From Candidatus Binatia bacterium (GTDB taxonomy: Bacteria; Verrucomicrobiota; Verrucomicrobiia; Limisphaerales; UBA8199), in contig DATMQA010000088.1 in assembly GCA_035566895.1 (NCBI GenBank), positions 1-64,000 on the forward strand: 64,000 bases of DNA, written 5' to 3'. The translations under genes and the position numbers were made by a program. The notes under the pieces are model-generated. The model did not search any database and had not been told where the DNA came from. It saw only the letters and a list, made by a program, of their open reading frames with translations. How positions within the stretch are numbered: the stretch's first letter is position 1; each line of letters opens with the position of its first letter. Below are positions 37,199 through 46,595 of this stretch, one piece after another.

Positions 37199-38191
37199 AT
37201 GAAAGCCGCATTCATCAACCAAACCGGGACTCCCGAAGTGATCACCTATGGCGAGCTGCCCACCCCCAAACCATCCCGCAGGCAATGCCTGATCAAAGTC
37301 GGCGCCGTCGATGTGAACCCCATCGATACCTATATTCGCAGCGGAGCCATTCCGGCTAAATTGTCGTTCCCCTTTATCCTCGGGCGCGACCTGGCGGGAA
37401 CCGTGGTCGAGGTGGGCGCCAGCGTGAAGAGCTTCAAACCGGGCGACCGCGTTTGGGCCACCAGCCAGGGCGCCGATGGGCGCCCGGGCACCTTCGCCGA
37501 ATTCGCCGCCGTGGACCAGCGCTGGCTCCATCTCACGCCCGCCGGGGTGAGCGACGAAGACATCGTGGCCCTCTCCCTGGTCGGGATTACCGCCCAGCTT
37601 GGCCTGGTGCGCAGCGCCAACTTGAAAACAGGCGAGGTCCTGTTCGTTAACGGCGGCTCCGGCGGTGTCGGCTCCAGCGTAGTCCAAATGGCGAAAATCC
37701 TCGGCGCGCGCGTTATCACCACTGCCGGCACCGATGAAAAGGTCAAAATCTGCCGCGACCTGGGCGCCGACCTCGCCCTTAACTATAAAACTCAGGATGT
37801 GGACGCTGCCGTCAAGCAGTTCGCCCCTGAAGGCGTAAACGTCTGGTGGGAGACCCTGCGCGAGCCCAACTTCGAACGCACGCTCCCCCTGCTGGCATTG
37901 CGCGGCCGGATGATCGTTATGGCTGGGCGCGACGCCCGGCCGGTGTTCCCGGTCGGCCCGTTCTATGTGAAGGACTGCTCGCTTCATGGTTTCGCCATGT
38001 TTAACGCGACCGCTCGCGAGCAGCGCTCCGCAGCCAACTCGATCAATCGCTGGCTCGCCGAAGGCAAACTCAAGCCGCGCATCGATCGCGTCCTGCCGCT
38101 CTCGCAGGCTGCCGAAGCCCACCGCCTCCAGGAGCAGAGCACGGTTCACGGCTCCAGCGCCCTGGCGGGCAAGCTTGTCTTGAAACCGTGA
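37199..38191 (+). CDS. Zinc-type/quinone oxidoreductase (MDR superfamily NADPH:quinone reductase)
   Basis: 'GAVDVNPIDT', 'VNGGSGGVGSSVVQMAK' NAD(P)-binding motif. Confidence 0.85.
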   Translation: MKAAFINQTGTPEVITYGELPTPKPSRRQCLIKVGAVDVNPIDTYIRSGAIPAKLSFPFILGRDLAGTVVEVGASVKSFKPGDRVWATSQGADGRPGTFAEFAAVDQRWLHLTPAGVSDEDIVALSLVGITAQLGLVRSANLKTGEVLFVNGGSGGVGSSVVQMAKILGARVITTAGTDEKVKICRDLGADLALNYKTQDVDAAVKQFAPEGVNVWWETLREPNFERTLPLLALRGRMIVMAGRDARPVFPVGPFYVKDCSLHGFAMFNATAREQRSAANSINRWLAEGKLKPRIDRVLPLSQAAEAHRLQEQSTVHGSSALAGKLVLKP

Positions 38192-38224
38192 AGCATACAT
38201 CGATACGCCGGCCTGCGGACTGAC

Positions 38225-38347
38225 GCGCGAAGCGTTTGGAGTGCGTGCGCTCTGCGCCGCTTTGTTATGTTCGAGCTGAGTGGTTACATTTAGCTGCTCG
38301 AGAGTCCGAGAACGGCGCAGAGCGCACGCACTCCAAACGCTTCGCGC
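38225..38347. repeat. Perfect 35-bp inverted repeat (stem) with 53-nt loop, followed by T-rich tract
   Basis: Left arm GCGCGAAGCGTTTGGAGTGCGTGCGCTCTGCGCCG (38225-38259). Exact reverse complement at 38313-38347. Confidence 0.9.
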
Positions 38348-38425
38348 CTCTCGTTCAATGATTTTGCGCTTTTTTCTGTAACAATTGCCCCCTCTCCTGC
38401 GTATTACCTGCAGGGTCATCGTGTT

Positions 38426-39652
38426 ATGCTGAATGTTAATCAACCTTTGCCCGGCCTGCCACGCCGTACCTTCCTCAAAGGCGTGGCGGCCAGTGCCGGC
38501 GCTCTCGCGCTCGGCGGCCCAAGCTTGCTGGCCCAGCCCTTGCCCGGCAAGACCCTTCCGGCGAAACCCCCGTATCGCGGCCCAAAGGTCATTATCGTCC
38601 GCTTCGGTGGCGGAGCGCGCCGGCGGGAAACAATTGACCCGCAGACTACCTGCGCGCCGTTTCTCTGCCGCGATTTTGCCAAACGCGGCACGCTGTTTAC
38701 GAAAATGGAGATCGACTCCTTCACGCCCACCGTCGGCGTCGATACCAGTCATGGCCAAGGCACGCTCTACATCATCACTGGCAAATACGAAAAGTATAAG
38801 GACATCACCGAAAAATTCCTCTCGGAACGATTCGCGTCGAAAGCGCCGACCATTTTCGAGTATCTCCGCAAGTCCTATAACGTGCCAGAGAGCCAGACCC
38901 TCATCATCAACAGCGAAGACCGCACCAACGAGGAGTTTTACACCTTCAGCAACCATCATCTCTACGGCATCAATTACCGCTCGAACACGTTGAGCCTTTA
39001 CCGCTACAAAACCTACCTGCTGCGCCGCGCCATCCAGGCCGGCAAATGGAGCGGTAAAGAACTCGAAAAGCAGCAAAAGCAATTGGCCAAACTCGAAGCG
39101 GTCGATTACCGCAACGCCGAACCCAACGGCCAGGGACCCGAGTTAGTGCGCTTCTGGGACCGGTGGCGCGAGTATTACGGCGAAACCGGCCTCGTCAACC
39201 CGCGCGGCGACCGATTGCTCACCGAGCTTGCTATCCGGTCGCTCAAGGACTTGCGGCCCCAATTGCTCATGGTCAATTACCAGGACTGCGACTACGTCCA
39301 CTGGGGCAACCTCACGCATTACACCCGTGCCCTTACGATCATCGATGACGGTTTGAAGCAGCTCGTCGCTGCCGTCGAAGCCGATCCCGAATATCGCGAC
39401 AACACCGTCTTTGTCGTCGTGCCCGATTGTGGACGTGACAACAATCCGCTGGCCGATGTGCCCTGCCAGCACCATTTCGGCTCGCGCTCGTCGCATGAGA
39501 TTTTCGCGCTGCTGGTCGGCGCAGGCGTGCGGCGCGGGCTGGTGGTCGATAACGCCACCGACCAAATCAGCATCGCCGGCACCATCGGCCACCTGATGGG
39601 CTTCAAAGCCGAGCACGCCGAAACCCGCGTCCTGGAAGAGGCGATCGCTTAG
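38426..39652 (+). CDS. TAT-secreted hypothetical protein (possibly sulfatase/phosphatase-like or DUF1501-like)
   Basis: RRTFLKGVAASAGALALG twin-arginine signal. 408 aa with good coding bias. Function not assignable. Confidence 0.65.
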   Translation: MLNVNQPLPGLPRRTFLKGVAASAGALALGGPSLLAQPLPGKTLPAKPPYRGPKVIIVRFGGGARRRETIDPQTTCAPFLCRDFAKRGTLFTKMEIDSFTPTVGVDTSHGQGTLYIITGKYEKYKDITEKFLSERFASKAPTIFEYLRKSYNVPESQTLIINSEDRTNEEFYTFSNHHLYGINYRSNTLSLYRYKTYLLRRAIQAGKWSGKELEKQQKQLAKLEAVDYRNAEPNGQGPELVRFWDRWREYYGETGLVNPRGDRLLTELAIRSLKDLRPQLLMVNYQDCDYVHWGNLTHYTRALTIIDDGLKQLVAAVEADPEYRDNTVFVVVPDCGRDNNPLADVPCQHHFGSRSSHEIFALLVGAGVRRGLVVDNATDQISIAGTIGHLMGFKAEHAETRVLEEAIA

Positions 39653-39678
39653 GGCGGATGATGGATGGTGGATGATGG

Positions 39679-41112
39679 ATGATGAACACGGGCAATAACA
39701 TTGATTCCTCTGCACTCCCTCTCGATGCCGCGGCTGCACCTATCGACTCCTTGTCGCCCGCCATCGAGCCTCCATCATCCATCATCTACCATCCACCATC
39801 CTCCGCCGCTCTGCGGCGGCTCCGTCGCGCGTTGCTCTTCCCGGTAAAACTCTTTTGGGGAATGATCTTCTGCCAGGGATTGCTCGGAAGCATTTTCGTG
39901 GTCGGCTGGAGCTACCGCCTGGCGCAACGATTCGCCCTGAAATACTGGTGGTCGCACAGTTCACGCGCGCAGCCGAACACCACGTTCGCCGATTTTCTGG
40001 CCGGCAGCGAGCGGACCAGAGACCACCGCCACTGGCCTAATTGGTTCCTCCAGCAGGATTTCGCCGAGGCGCTCCGCCGGCAGCCTGGCGTGAGCGCGGG
40101 AAGGTATGTTTTTTCAGTGGTACGGGCGTTTACCCACGGCCTGTGGTTGAATTTCTGGATGGGGTTGCGCGCCATCGCCAATACCTGGGCGCTGACGCTA
40201 CCTGCCTGTATTTTCTGGTGGTTCGGCTGGTATGACGGCTGGAACAATTCGTTTAACAAAGGCTACGAGCAGGCCGCAGTGGGCCCGCTGGTTTCTTTGC
40301 TGGGCATCCTGTTGTTCATCGCGGCTATGTTTTATGTCCCGCTCGCCCAAGCCCGCCAGGCCGTCACCGGCGATTGGCGCGCGTTCTTTGAGTTCCGGCT
40401 GGTCTGGAATTTAGCGCGCTTGCGCTGGGTCTCGTGCGTGGGCTTGGCGCTGCTTTATTCTCTGCTGGCGCTTCCGCTCAATATCCTGAAAACCTCGCCC
40501 ATGTTCTGGATGCAAAAACATCCGGAGCTGGTTTATGTTTCCGACGCGCTGCTTCTCAAGATGCTCAACGACTATTTCTTTTGGTGCGCCCTGCTGATGT
40601 TGCCGGCCTATGTGCTGCTGCGTGTGCTCGCGGCCCGGGTTTATGCCTCAGCCATAATGGCCTCGGTCCAATCCGGCAATATTCAGCCCGCCGCGCTCGC
40701 CGTTTATGAACGCGAAACCCTCGACCGTCTGGGACTCCTGGAGACCCGCCCGTCTCGCGAACGCCACGTCTTCGTCCGCTTTCTGGCCTGGACCGGCACG
40801 CGGGTGGGACGCGTGCTCGGCGGCGCGGCGCTGTTCTTTACCTGGTTCGGCTTTGTTGCCCAGATTTACATCGCCGAGTTCTTCAATTACCACGGCGGCC
40901 TAGGCTGGCTGAACCAGCCGCTCGTCCAGCTCCCCTGGTTCCATTACTTGCCGTCGCGGTTGAAAACCCCGCTGGGAGAGGTTTTCTTCGTGCTCCTGGC
41001 CTGGTTCGTTGCCTTGCTGATCTGGTCGGTTTTAAGCACGATTGCCAGAAGCACGAGCAGGCAGGCCAGCACACCGCCGCCAACGAACAGCTTGAACCAG
41101 AGGTCGGTCTGA
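39679..41112 (+). CDS. Polytopic membrane protein of unknown function (low-complexity N-terminus; start uncertain)
   Basis: About 10 hydrophobic helices. The N-terminal 40 codons overlap an imperfect inverted repeat of GATGATGG motifs. Confidence 0.65.
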   Translation: MMNTGNNIDSSALPLDAAAAPIDSLSPAIEPPSSIIYHPPSSAALRRLRRALLFPVKLFWGMIFCQGLLGSIFVVGWSYRLAQRFALKYWWSHSSRAQPNTTFADFLAGSERTRDHRHWPNWFLQQDFAEALRRQPGVSAGRYVFSVVRAFTHGLWLNFWMGLRAIANTWALTLPACIFWWFGWYDGWNNSFNKGYEQAAVGPLVSLLGILLFIAAMFYVPLAQARQAVTGDWRAFFEFRLVWNLARLRWVSCVGLALLYSLLALPLNILKTSPMFWMQKHPELVYVSDALLLKMLNDYFFWCALLMLPAYVLLRVLAARVYASAIMASVQSGNIQPAALAVYERETLDRLGLLETRPSRERHVFVRFLAWTGTRVGRVLGGAALFFTWFGFVAQIYIAEFFNYHGGLGWLNQPLVQLPWFHYLPSRLKTPLGEVFFVLLAWFVALLIWSVLSTIARSTSRQASTPPPTNSLNQRSV

Positions 41113-41197
41113 CGCTGAATGCGCCGGACCTCGGTCGCAGACGTGCGCGCCTCGGGGTCTTCCGCAAACTCCGCGCTCCCATCGGTGAACATCATGC

Positions 41198-42820
41198 TTA
41201 GAAGCCCGTTGCGATGCCGGCTGGACCGGAGTTTCCGCCGCGGTTATTACCCGTCGTCGGGTTTCCACTGGTGCTGTTCTGCTGCTGAGTTTGGCGCACA
41301 GTCAGCGGGTTGTTGTCCCCCAGCAATGAGTTTCGGCTGCTCGTGCTGGAGCTGGCGGCGGTGTTACGATGGAATAGGTCCTGCAGCATCTGGTTAATAT
41401 CCTGCGGCTCGGCATTCCGCAGCTCATACACCTGTACCAATTCCTTGCGGGCCGCGCTGGCATCGAGTTGCTCGATGAGCTGCGCGATTTGCGGCATCCA
41501 CGTCGTCGCTGCGCTGACCAATAGCGACGAGGTGCGCGCATCTGCCACCGCCAGCACCCGGCCCTTCTTCTTCGCCCGCTCGCTGCTGCCAGTTTGGTTG
41601 CCGGTGTTGTTCCCTCCATCAAAAACCGGTGGCGGAGGGAAACCACCAACCCGGAACTCCGCCTGGTTCTGTTCCGACCCGCTCTTGGAATCGTCGGGGA
41701 AGAGCTGGGCGAGTTGGCCGGCCAATTCCCTCGGGTCGGCATTGAGCAGGTGGAAGACGCGCAGTTCGGTGATGTCGGTGACCGGCTGATCGATTTGTTG
41801 GACAATGTTGGCGGTCGTGTCCATCAGGGCGGCCGGCGAACTGACGATCAGGGAGTTGGAGGTCTCATCCGCCACAGCGACCACTTTGGCCGCGGCGGCG
41901 TTGCCGCCAGTGCCCGAACTCGAACTCCCCTGCGGCTCCACAAATCCCGGCGGACCGAAACCGCCCGGACCCGGTCCGGGCCCATTGAAGAGTTGGGCAC
42001 GCTGGTTCGCGTTCTGGCTGGAGCCCTGCGACGAAAAGAGCTGCTGGAGCACCGTGGCCAACTGTTTGGCATCCGCATAATGCAGCGGGAAAACCTTGAG
42101 CGTGGACACCTTCGCGATGGAAGTATCCAGCGCGCTGACGATCTTAAGGACCCGCCGGATATCCCGCTTGGTGGCCACCAGCAGCAGGGTATTGGCGCTT
42201 TCGTTGACTGAGAGCGTGGCGGTCGCCGGCAGCAACGGTTGCAGATTATTGACTAACTGGCCGGCATTGGCATAGCGCACCGGAATGAGTTGAGTGACGG
42301 TTTCATCCGACTTGGCCACGGTCTCCGGGTCGTTGCCGGTAACTATCTCCAGGTCCGAGGTCCTGGCATTTTCCTGTCGCACGATGCTCAGAATCCGCCC
42401 GTCTCGAATCACCGCATACCCGTTTTTTTTGAGCGCCGAGTTGAGTAAGTCCACGGCCTCGTCCTTGCTCACGGGCGTTGTGCTCCAGACATCGAGCGTA
42501 CCGCGCACCTCGGTCTCCTGGTTGATGACGAACCCAGCCGCATCGCTCAGATAGTCCAGGACCAGGCTTAATGGTGCCCCACGGAAGCTCAGGCGCAGGC
42601 TGTTGGTGGCGCCGGCGCCCTTCGTGGGAACTGCCAACGGATGCGTGTCGGCCGGTAGTAGGGGCTCACCTGACGCAGGCAGACGAGTCGCTCGCGTGAC
42701 GCTCGCAACTTCGGCTGCAGCCGCCGCCGCTCGTTCCAATTGTGGTGCCGGCTCGGCTCCCAATGCCAGGCCCGTTCCCGTGAAAATTGCCAGTATACTC
42801 ACTCCCCAATTTGTTTTCAT
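41198..42820 (-). CDS. Secreted protein with five tandem secretin-N (NolW/GspD N-domain-like) modules, a Gly/Pro-rich linker and no secretin beta-barrel
   Basis: Start at ATG 42820 (signal MKTNWGVSILAIFTGTGLALG). Repeated 'xxLxVxxLxxAxAxxLxxxLxxLF' modules (e.g. STLKVFPLHYADAKQLATVLQQLF). Confidence 0.75.
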   Translation of the reverse strand: MKTNWGVSILAIFTGTGLALGAEPAPQLERAAAAAAEVASVTRATRLPASGEPLLPADTHPLAVPTKGAGATNSLRLSFRGAPLSLVLDYLSDAAGFVINQETEVRGTLDVWSTTPVSKDEAVDLLNSALKKNGYAVIRDGRILSIVRQENARTSDLEIVTGNDPETVAKSDETVTQLIPVRYANAGQLVNNLQPLLPATATLSVNESANTLLLVATKRDIRRVLKIVSALDTSIAKVSTLKVFPLHYADAKQLATVLQQLFSSQGSSQNANQRAQLFNGPGPGPGGFGPPGFVEPQGSSSSGTGGNAAAAKVVAVADETSNSLIVSSPAALMDTTANIVQQIDQPVTDITELRVFHLLNADPRELAGQLAQLFPDDSKSGSEQNQAEFRVGGFPPPPVFDGGNNTGNQTGSSERAKKKGRVLAVADARTSSLLVSAATTWMPQIAQLIEQLDASAARKELVQVYELRNAEPQDINQMLQDLFHRNTAASSSTSSRNSLLGDNNPLTVRQTQQQNSTSGNPTTGNNRGGNSGPAGIATGF

Positions 42821-42982
42821 GGGCTCAACCTGGCCCAACTCACCTTAAAACAACGTGAAGGGAAGCCGGTTTGCGAAGCTCATTCTTCATCGCCTCTTAA
42901 GGTCCCTCCTGCCACGATAGTACATGGCGAATTGCATTGATTACTGTGCGATTTACCGCCATCTAGAATTGAGGCAAGACCG

Positions 42983-43642
42983 ATGCGCGTGCTTGTGGTT
43001 GAAGACGAACCGGACCTGCTAGCCAGCCTATTGCGGGCCGTGCGCGAGGATGGTTATGCCGCCGATGGCGCGGCCGACGGCGAGGAGGGCCTGTACAAAG
43101 CCGAGAACTACGATTACGACGCCATCGTTCTGGACATCATGCTGCCGGGGCTCGATGGCTGGGAAGTCTTGCGCCGCTTGCGCAAAACCAAGAAAACCGC
43201 GGTGCTGATGCTGACCGCCCGCGATGCCGTGCGTGACCGGGTCCGGGGACTGGACACCGGTGCTGATGATTACGTGCTCAAGCCTTTCGACCTCGACGAG
43301 CTTCTGGCGCGGCTGCGCGCGCTCATCCGCCGCTCGGCCAACCAGCCTCAAGCCCGCCTGGAGATTGGCGATATCCTCATTGATACAGCCGGAAGGACGG
43401 TTTGCCGTCAGGGCGAGCCGGTTTCCCTGACCGCGCGAGAATACGCCCTGGTGGAATTCCTCGCCCTGCACCGTGGCAAAGTGGTCACCCGCACGACGCT
43501 CTACGAACACCTCTTCGATGAAAATGACTCGACGCTCTCCAACCTCCTCGACGTGCATGTCTCCAATATCCGCAAGAAACTCGGCCACGACTTTATCACC
43601 ACGCGGCGGGGACATGGCTACAGCATCGAGAAAACGCAATGA
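42983..43642 (+). CDS. OmpR-family two-component response regulator
   Basis: Receiver domain (VLVVEDEPDL...DAIVLDIMLPGLDGWEV...LMLTARD) plus winged-helix C-terminus (GHGYSIEK). Confidence 0.9.
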   Translation: MRVLVVEDEPDLLASLLRAVREDGYAADGAADGEEGLYKAENYDYDAIVLDIMLPGLDGWEVLRRLRKTKKTAVLMLTARDAVRDRVRGLDTGADDYVLKPFDLDELLARLRALIRRSANQPQARLEIGDILIDTAGRTVCRQGEPVSLTAREYALVEFLALHRGKVVTRTTLYEHLFDENDSTLSNLLDVHVSNIRKKLGHDFITTRRGHGYSIEKTQ

Positions 43643-45138
43643 TCTTTAACTCTATCCGCTGGCGCCTGCAGGCCTGGCACGGCCTGATTCTGGTCCTGGT
43701 GCTCGCCGGCTTCGGCCTCAGCGCCTATCATGTCACTCGTGACAACCAGTTGCGCCGTGTAGATCAGGAACTGGACCAGCGGCTGGGAGCCCTGTTTCGG
43801 CCGCCTCCCCCACAGGACCCGGGCTCGTCTCCGGAGCATCATCATCGAGAGGCGCGCTTCGACCCCTCGGAGTTCACGGTCAGAATTCGTGAAGCTATCC
43901 AGCGCGCCGTTCAGCAAGCTGGCGCGGCGGATGCCAGTCAAACCAACGCTTGCTATTACGTCTTATGGCAGGCGGACGGCTCGGTCCTGGCCAACTCTAC
44001 TGCGAACCCCCAAGCCATCCCGTTGCCCGAACGCATCGAACCCGCTGCTCCGCCGGAAAGTCAGGGCCGGGAACCGTCGGGCCGCCCGTCCGCCGAACCC
44101 CGCCCCGGACCGCGAATGTTTCAAGGAGCCGCCCGCACTCGCGAGGAGCAGCGTGAGCTCTTCCGTTTCCTGCCGCATGGCGAGTGCATCCTTGTCGGAC
44201 GCTCCCTGGCGCCGGAGTTGGCGGCGATGCACCGCCTGGGCTTTTGGCTGGTCGTCGCCGGCACGGCCGTGCTGCTGTTGGGCCTGGCGGGCGGATGGTG
44301 GCTGGCCTCGCGTGCGATCCGCCCGATTGAGGACATCAGCGCTACGGCCATGAAGATCGCCGCCGGCGACCTCTCCCAACGCATTAACGCGGCCGATACC
44401 GACAGTGAGTTCGGCCGGCTGACCGCGGTGCTCAACTCCACCTTCGCCCGGCTCGAGGCGGCCTTCGCGCATCAGTCCCGGTTTACCTCTGATGCCTCCC
44501 ACGAGCTGCGCACTCCCCTCTCAGTTATTCTTTCTGAAACCCAAAGCTCCCTCTCCCGCGAGCGCAGCGCCCCGGAATATCGCCAGGCCCTCGAAGCCTG
44601 CCGCCGCGCCGCTCAGCGCATGCGCACGCTGGCCGAATCCCTCCTTGAATTGGCCCGGTTGGATGCAGGACAGGAGCCGATGAAACGCGAACCGTTCGAC
44701 CTGGCCCGGGTCGCGCGTGAAGCCGTTGAACTGCTGCGGCCGCTCGCAACGGAACGCAGCGTCGAGGTTCGTTGCGAACTCAGTCCCTTGGAATGCCTCG
44801 GCGATGCGGAACGCATCAGCCAGGTCGCCACCAACCTCCTCACCAACGCCATTCATTTCAATCGTACCCAGGGGGAAGTCCGAATTGCCACCCTCGCTGA
44901 GAATGGCACAGCAGTTCTCACCGTGACCGATACCGGCGAGGGCATTTCCACCGAGGATCTGCCGCACATCTTCGAGCGTTTTTATCGCGCCGATAAATCC
45001 CGCTCCCGCGCCCAGGGCCGGGCTGGTCTGGGGCTGGCCATCTCCAAAGCTATTGTTGATGCCCACGGCGGGGCCCTCGAAGTCTCCAGTCAACCCGGCG
45101 CCGGCAGTACCTTCCGCCTCACCCTGCCGCTCAAGTAA
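43639..45138 (+). CDS. Sensor histidine kinase (TM, HAMP, HisKA H-box 'SHELRTPL', HATPase 'DTGEGIS...GLGLAI')
   Basis: Overlaps the response-regulator stop by 4 nt; classical operon arrangement. Confidence 0.9.
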   Translation: MIFNSIRWRLQAWHGLILVLVLAGFGLSAYHVTRDNQLRRVDQELDQRLGALFRPPPPQDPGSSPEHHHREARFDPSEFTVRIREAIQRAVQQAGAADASQTNACYYVLWQADGSVLANSTANPQAIPLPERIEPAAPPESQGREPSGRPSAEPRPGPRMFQGAARTREEQRELFRFLPHGECILVGRSLAPELAAMHRLGFWLVVAGTAVLLLGLAGGWWLASRAIRPIEDISATAMKIAAGDLSQRINAADTDSEFGRLTAVLNSTFARLEAAFAHQSRFTSDASHELRTPLSVILSETQSSLSRERSAPEYRQALEACRRAAQRMRTLAESLLELARLDAGQEPMKREPFDLARVAREAVELLRPLATERSVEVRCELSPLECLGDAERISQVATNLLTNAIHFNRTQGEVRIATLAENGTAVLTVTDTGEGISTEDLPHIFERFYRADKSRSRAQGRAGLGLAISKAIVDAHGGALEVSSQPGAGSTFRLTLPLK

Positions 45139-45174
45139 AGTTGTCGTTTGTTGCACCACTCACGAAGGCGTTCT

Positions 45175-45201
45175 CCCTCTCCCCTTCATAAGGGGAGAGG
45201 G
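45175..45201 (+). terminator. REP-like perfect hairpin CCCTCTCCCCTT-CAT-AAGGGGAGAGGG downstream of the histidine kinase
   Basis: 12-bp perfect stem with 3-nt loop, 37 nt after the stop codon. A widely dispersed motif type that, translated, gives the well-known spurious '...LSPYEGERE' peptide. Confidence 0.45.
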
Positions 45202-45302
45202 TTGGGGTGAGGGGTAGCTTGCTTTTCTCTCGCCGCGGAGAAAATGATGCGTCTTGAATCACCCGGCCGGATTCCCCACACTCATCCGAGCCTGCACCGC
45301 CG

Positions 45303-45653
45303 ATGCCACGCCCGAACGACAGTCCGAACGAGCTTCCCGACTTCCGAGTAGTCCTCCGTAATGCCCAAGGGAAGTATGTGGCGAGCGACGCCCACGGAGT
45401 GTTTTTTACCGAAGATCGCCACGCCGCCATCGTGCTCAGTTACCGCGCGGAACGTGTCCCGGAACAAATCGAGGCGATTCGGAACAACCACGGCTTCACC
45501 CTGACAGCGGACCCGGTGCCCCTCGAGGAAATCTATGAAACCTGCGATCGGTGCAAGGACTTCTTCATGCCCTTCATGACGTTTTTTGACGGCAAGCGCT
45601 TCCTTTGTGCCGATTGCCGCAAGCCCGACCCCACCCGCTCTGCCCGCGCCTGA
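45303..45653 (+). CDS. Small hypothetical protein with C-terminal CxxC...CxxC zinc-ribbon
   Basis: 116 aa with good GC3 bias. 'CDRCKDFFMPFMTFFDGKRFLCADC'. Confidence 0.5.
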   Translation: MPRPNDSPNELPDFRVVLRNAQGKYVASDAHGVFFTEDRHAAIVLSYRAERVPEQIEAIRNNHGFTLTADPVPLEEIYETCDRCKDFFMPFMTFFDGKRFLCADCRKPDPTRSARA

Positions 45654-45661
45654 ACCGCAAA

Positions 45662-46471
45662 TCAAAAATTCCTCGCCGCGAGCACTTCTCTAGCCGGCTT
45701 CCGGTCCCCCGTGCAACTAATCCGCCTCGGTCCGTCCAAAAAACGCAGTTTGAAGCCGAGCTTCTCGTAAAGCGTCAGAATCCGCTCCGTGGCCTGGTTG
45801 GACAAGATCACCGGCCCTTTATGTCGCGCCAGCCATTCCGCCGCCCGCACCTGGTCCTCCCAACCGAATGGTTCCTTCGCGTACCGAGTGAATTCCACGT
45901 CGAACGGCGGGTCGGCATAAATAAAATCGTCCGCTTCCAACCGCGTGTTCTCAAAATCGACACTCGTGAACTCCCAATTCGAAAATACCTGTTGGTAAGC
46001 GCTGAAATCCCGAATGTAGTTGATGCTCTTGTAACGCCCAAAAGGCACATTGAATTCGCCGCTGGCGTTGAACCGGCACAGACCGTTGAAACAGGTCCGA
46101 TTCAGGTAATAAAACAGCGCTGCCGCCTCCGCGCAATCAGCCTTGCCTTCGCGCAGCAGTTCATTGAACCGCTTTCGATGCGCATAATAGAGCTCCCGAT
46201 CATTCTCCATCCAGAGCGTGATCTGCATTCCTCGCTTCAGCCACCCGTAGAAGTGCATAACGTGCGGATTAGCATCATTGAGCAAGGCGCGTTCGGGGAC
46301 CAGGCCGAGCGTGATCGCCAATGCGCCGCAAAACGGCTCAACTAGGCGGCGCTCCGAGAATGGCTGCCAGAGCGGTATAAGCTGTGGCACCAGCCAGCGC
46401 TTTCCGCCCGCCCATTTCAGAGGCGGCGAAAGCGGGACGGCCAACGGCAATGGGGTTTCGGTTTCGGACAC
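45662..46471 (-). CDS. DNA N6-adenine methyltransferase, D12 class (Dam-like), apparently stand-alone
   Basis: 'LKWAGGKRWL' motif, 'EPFCGALAI' (FxGxG-like motif I), 'YADPPFDVEF' (DPPF catalytic motif IV). Confidence 0.85.
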   Translation of the reverse strand: MSETETPLPLAVPLSPPLKWAGGKRWLVPQLIPLWQPFSERRLVEPFCGALAITLGLVPERALLNDANPHVMHFYGWLKRGMQITLWMENDRELYYAHRKRFNELLREGKADCAEAAALFYYLNRTCFNGLCRFNASGEFNVPFGRYKSINYIRDFSAYQQVFSNWEFTSVDFENTRLEADDFIYADPPFDVEFTRYAKEPFGWEDQVRAAEWLARHKGPVILSNQATERILTLYEKLGFKLRFLDGPRRISCTGDRKPAREVLAARNF

Positions 46472-46595
46472 ACCGGGATCATTCTCGGCCTCAATCGCGA
46501 ACGCAACGCTGAAATAGTGGAACGCTGCTTCACGTCACTCGCGCACTCCATAGACGGACTTTCCCCAATTTAATTTGGGCGCGATTTCGATACGA

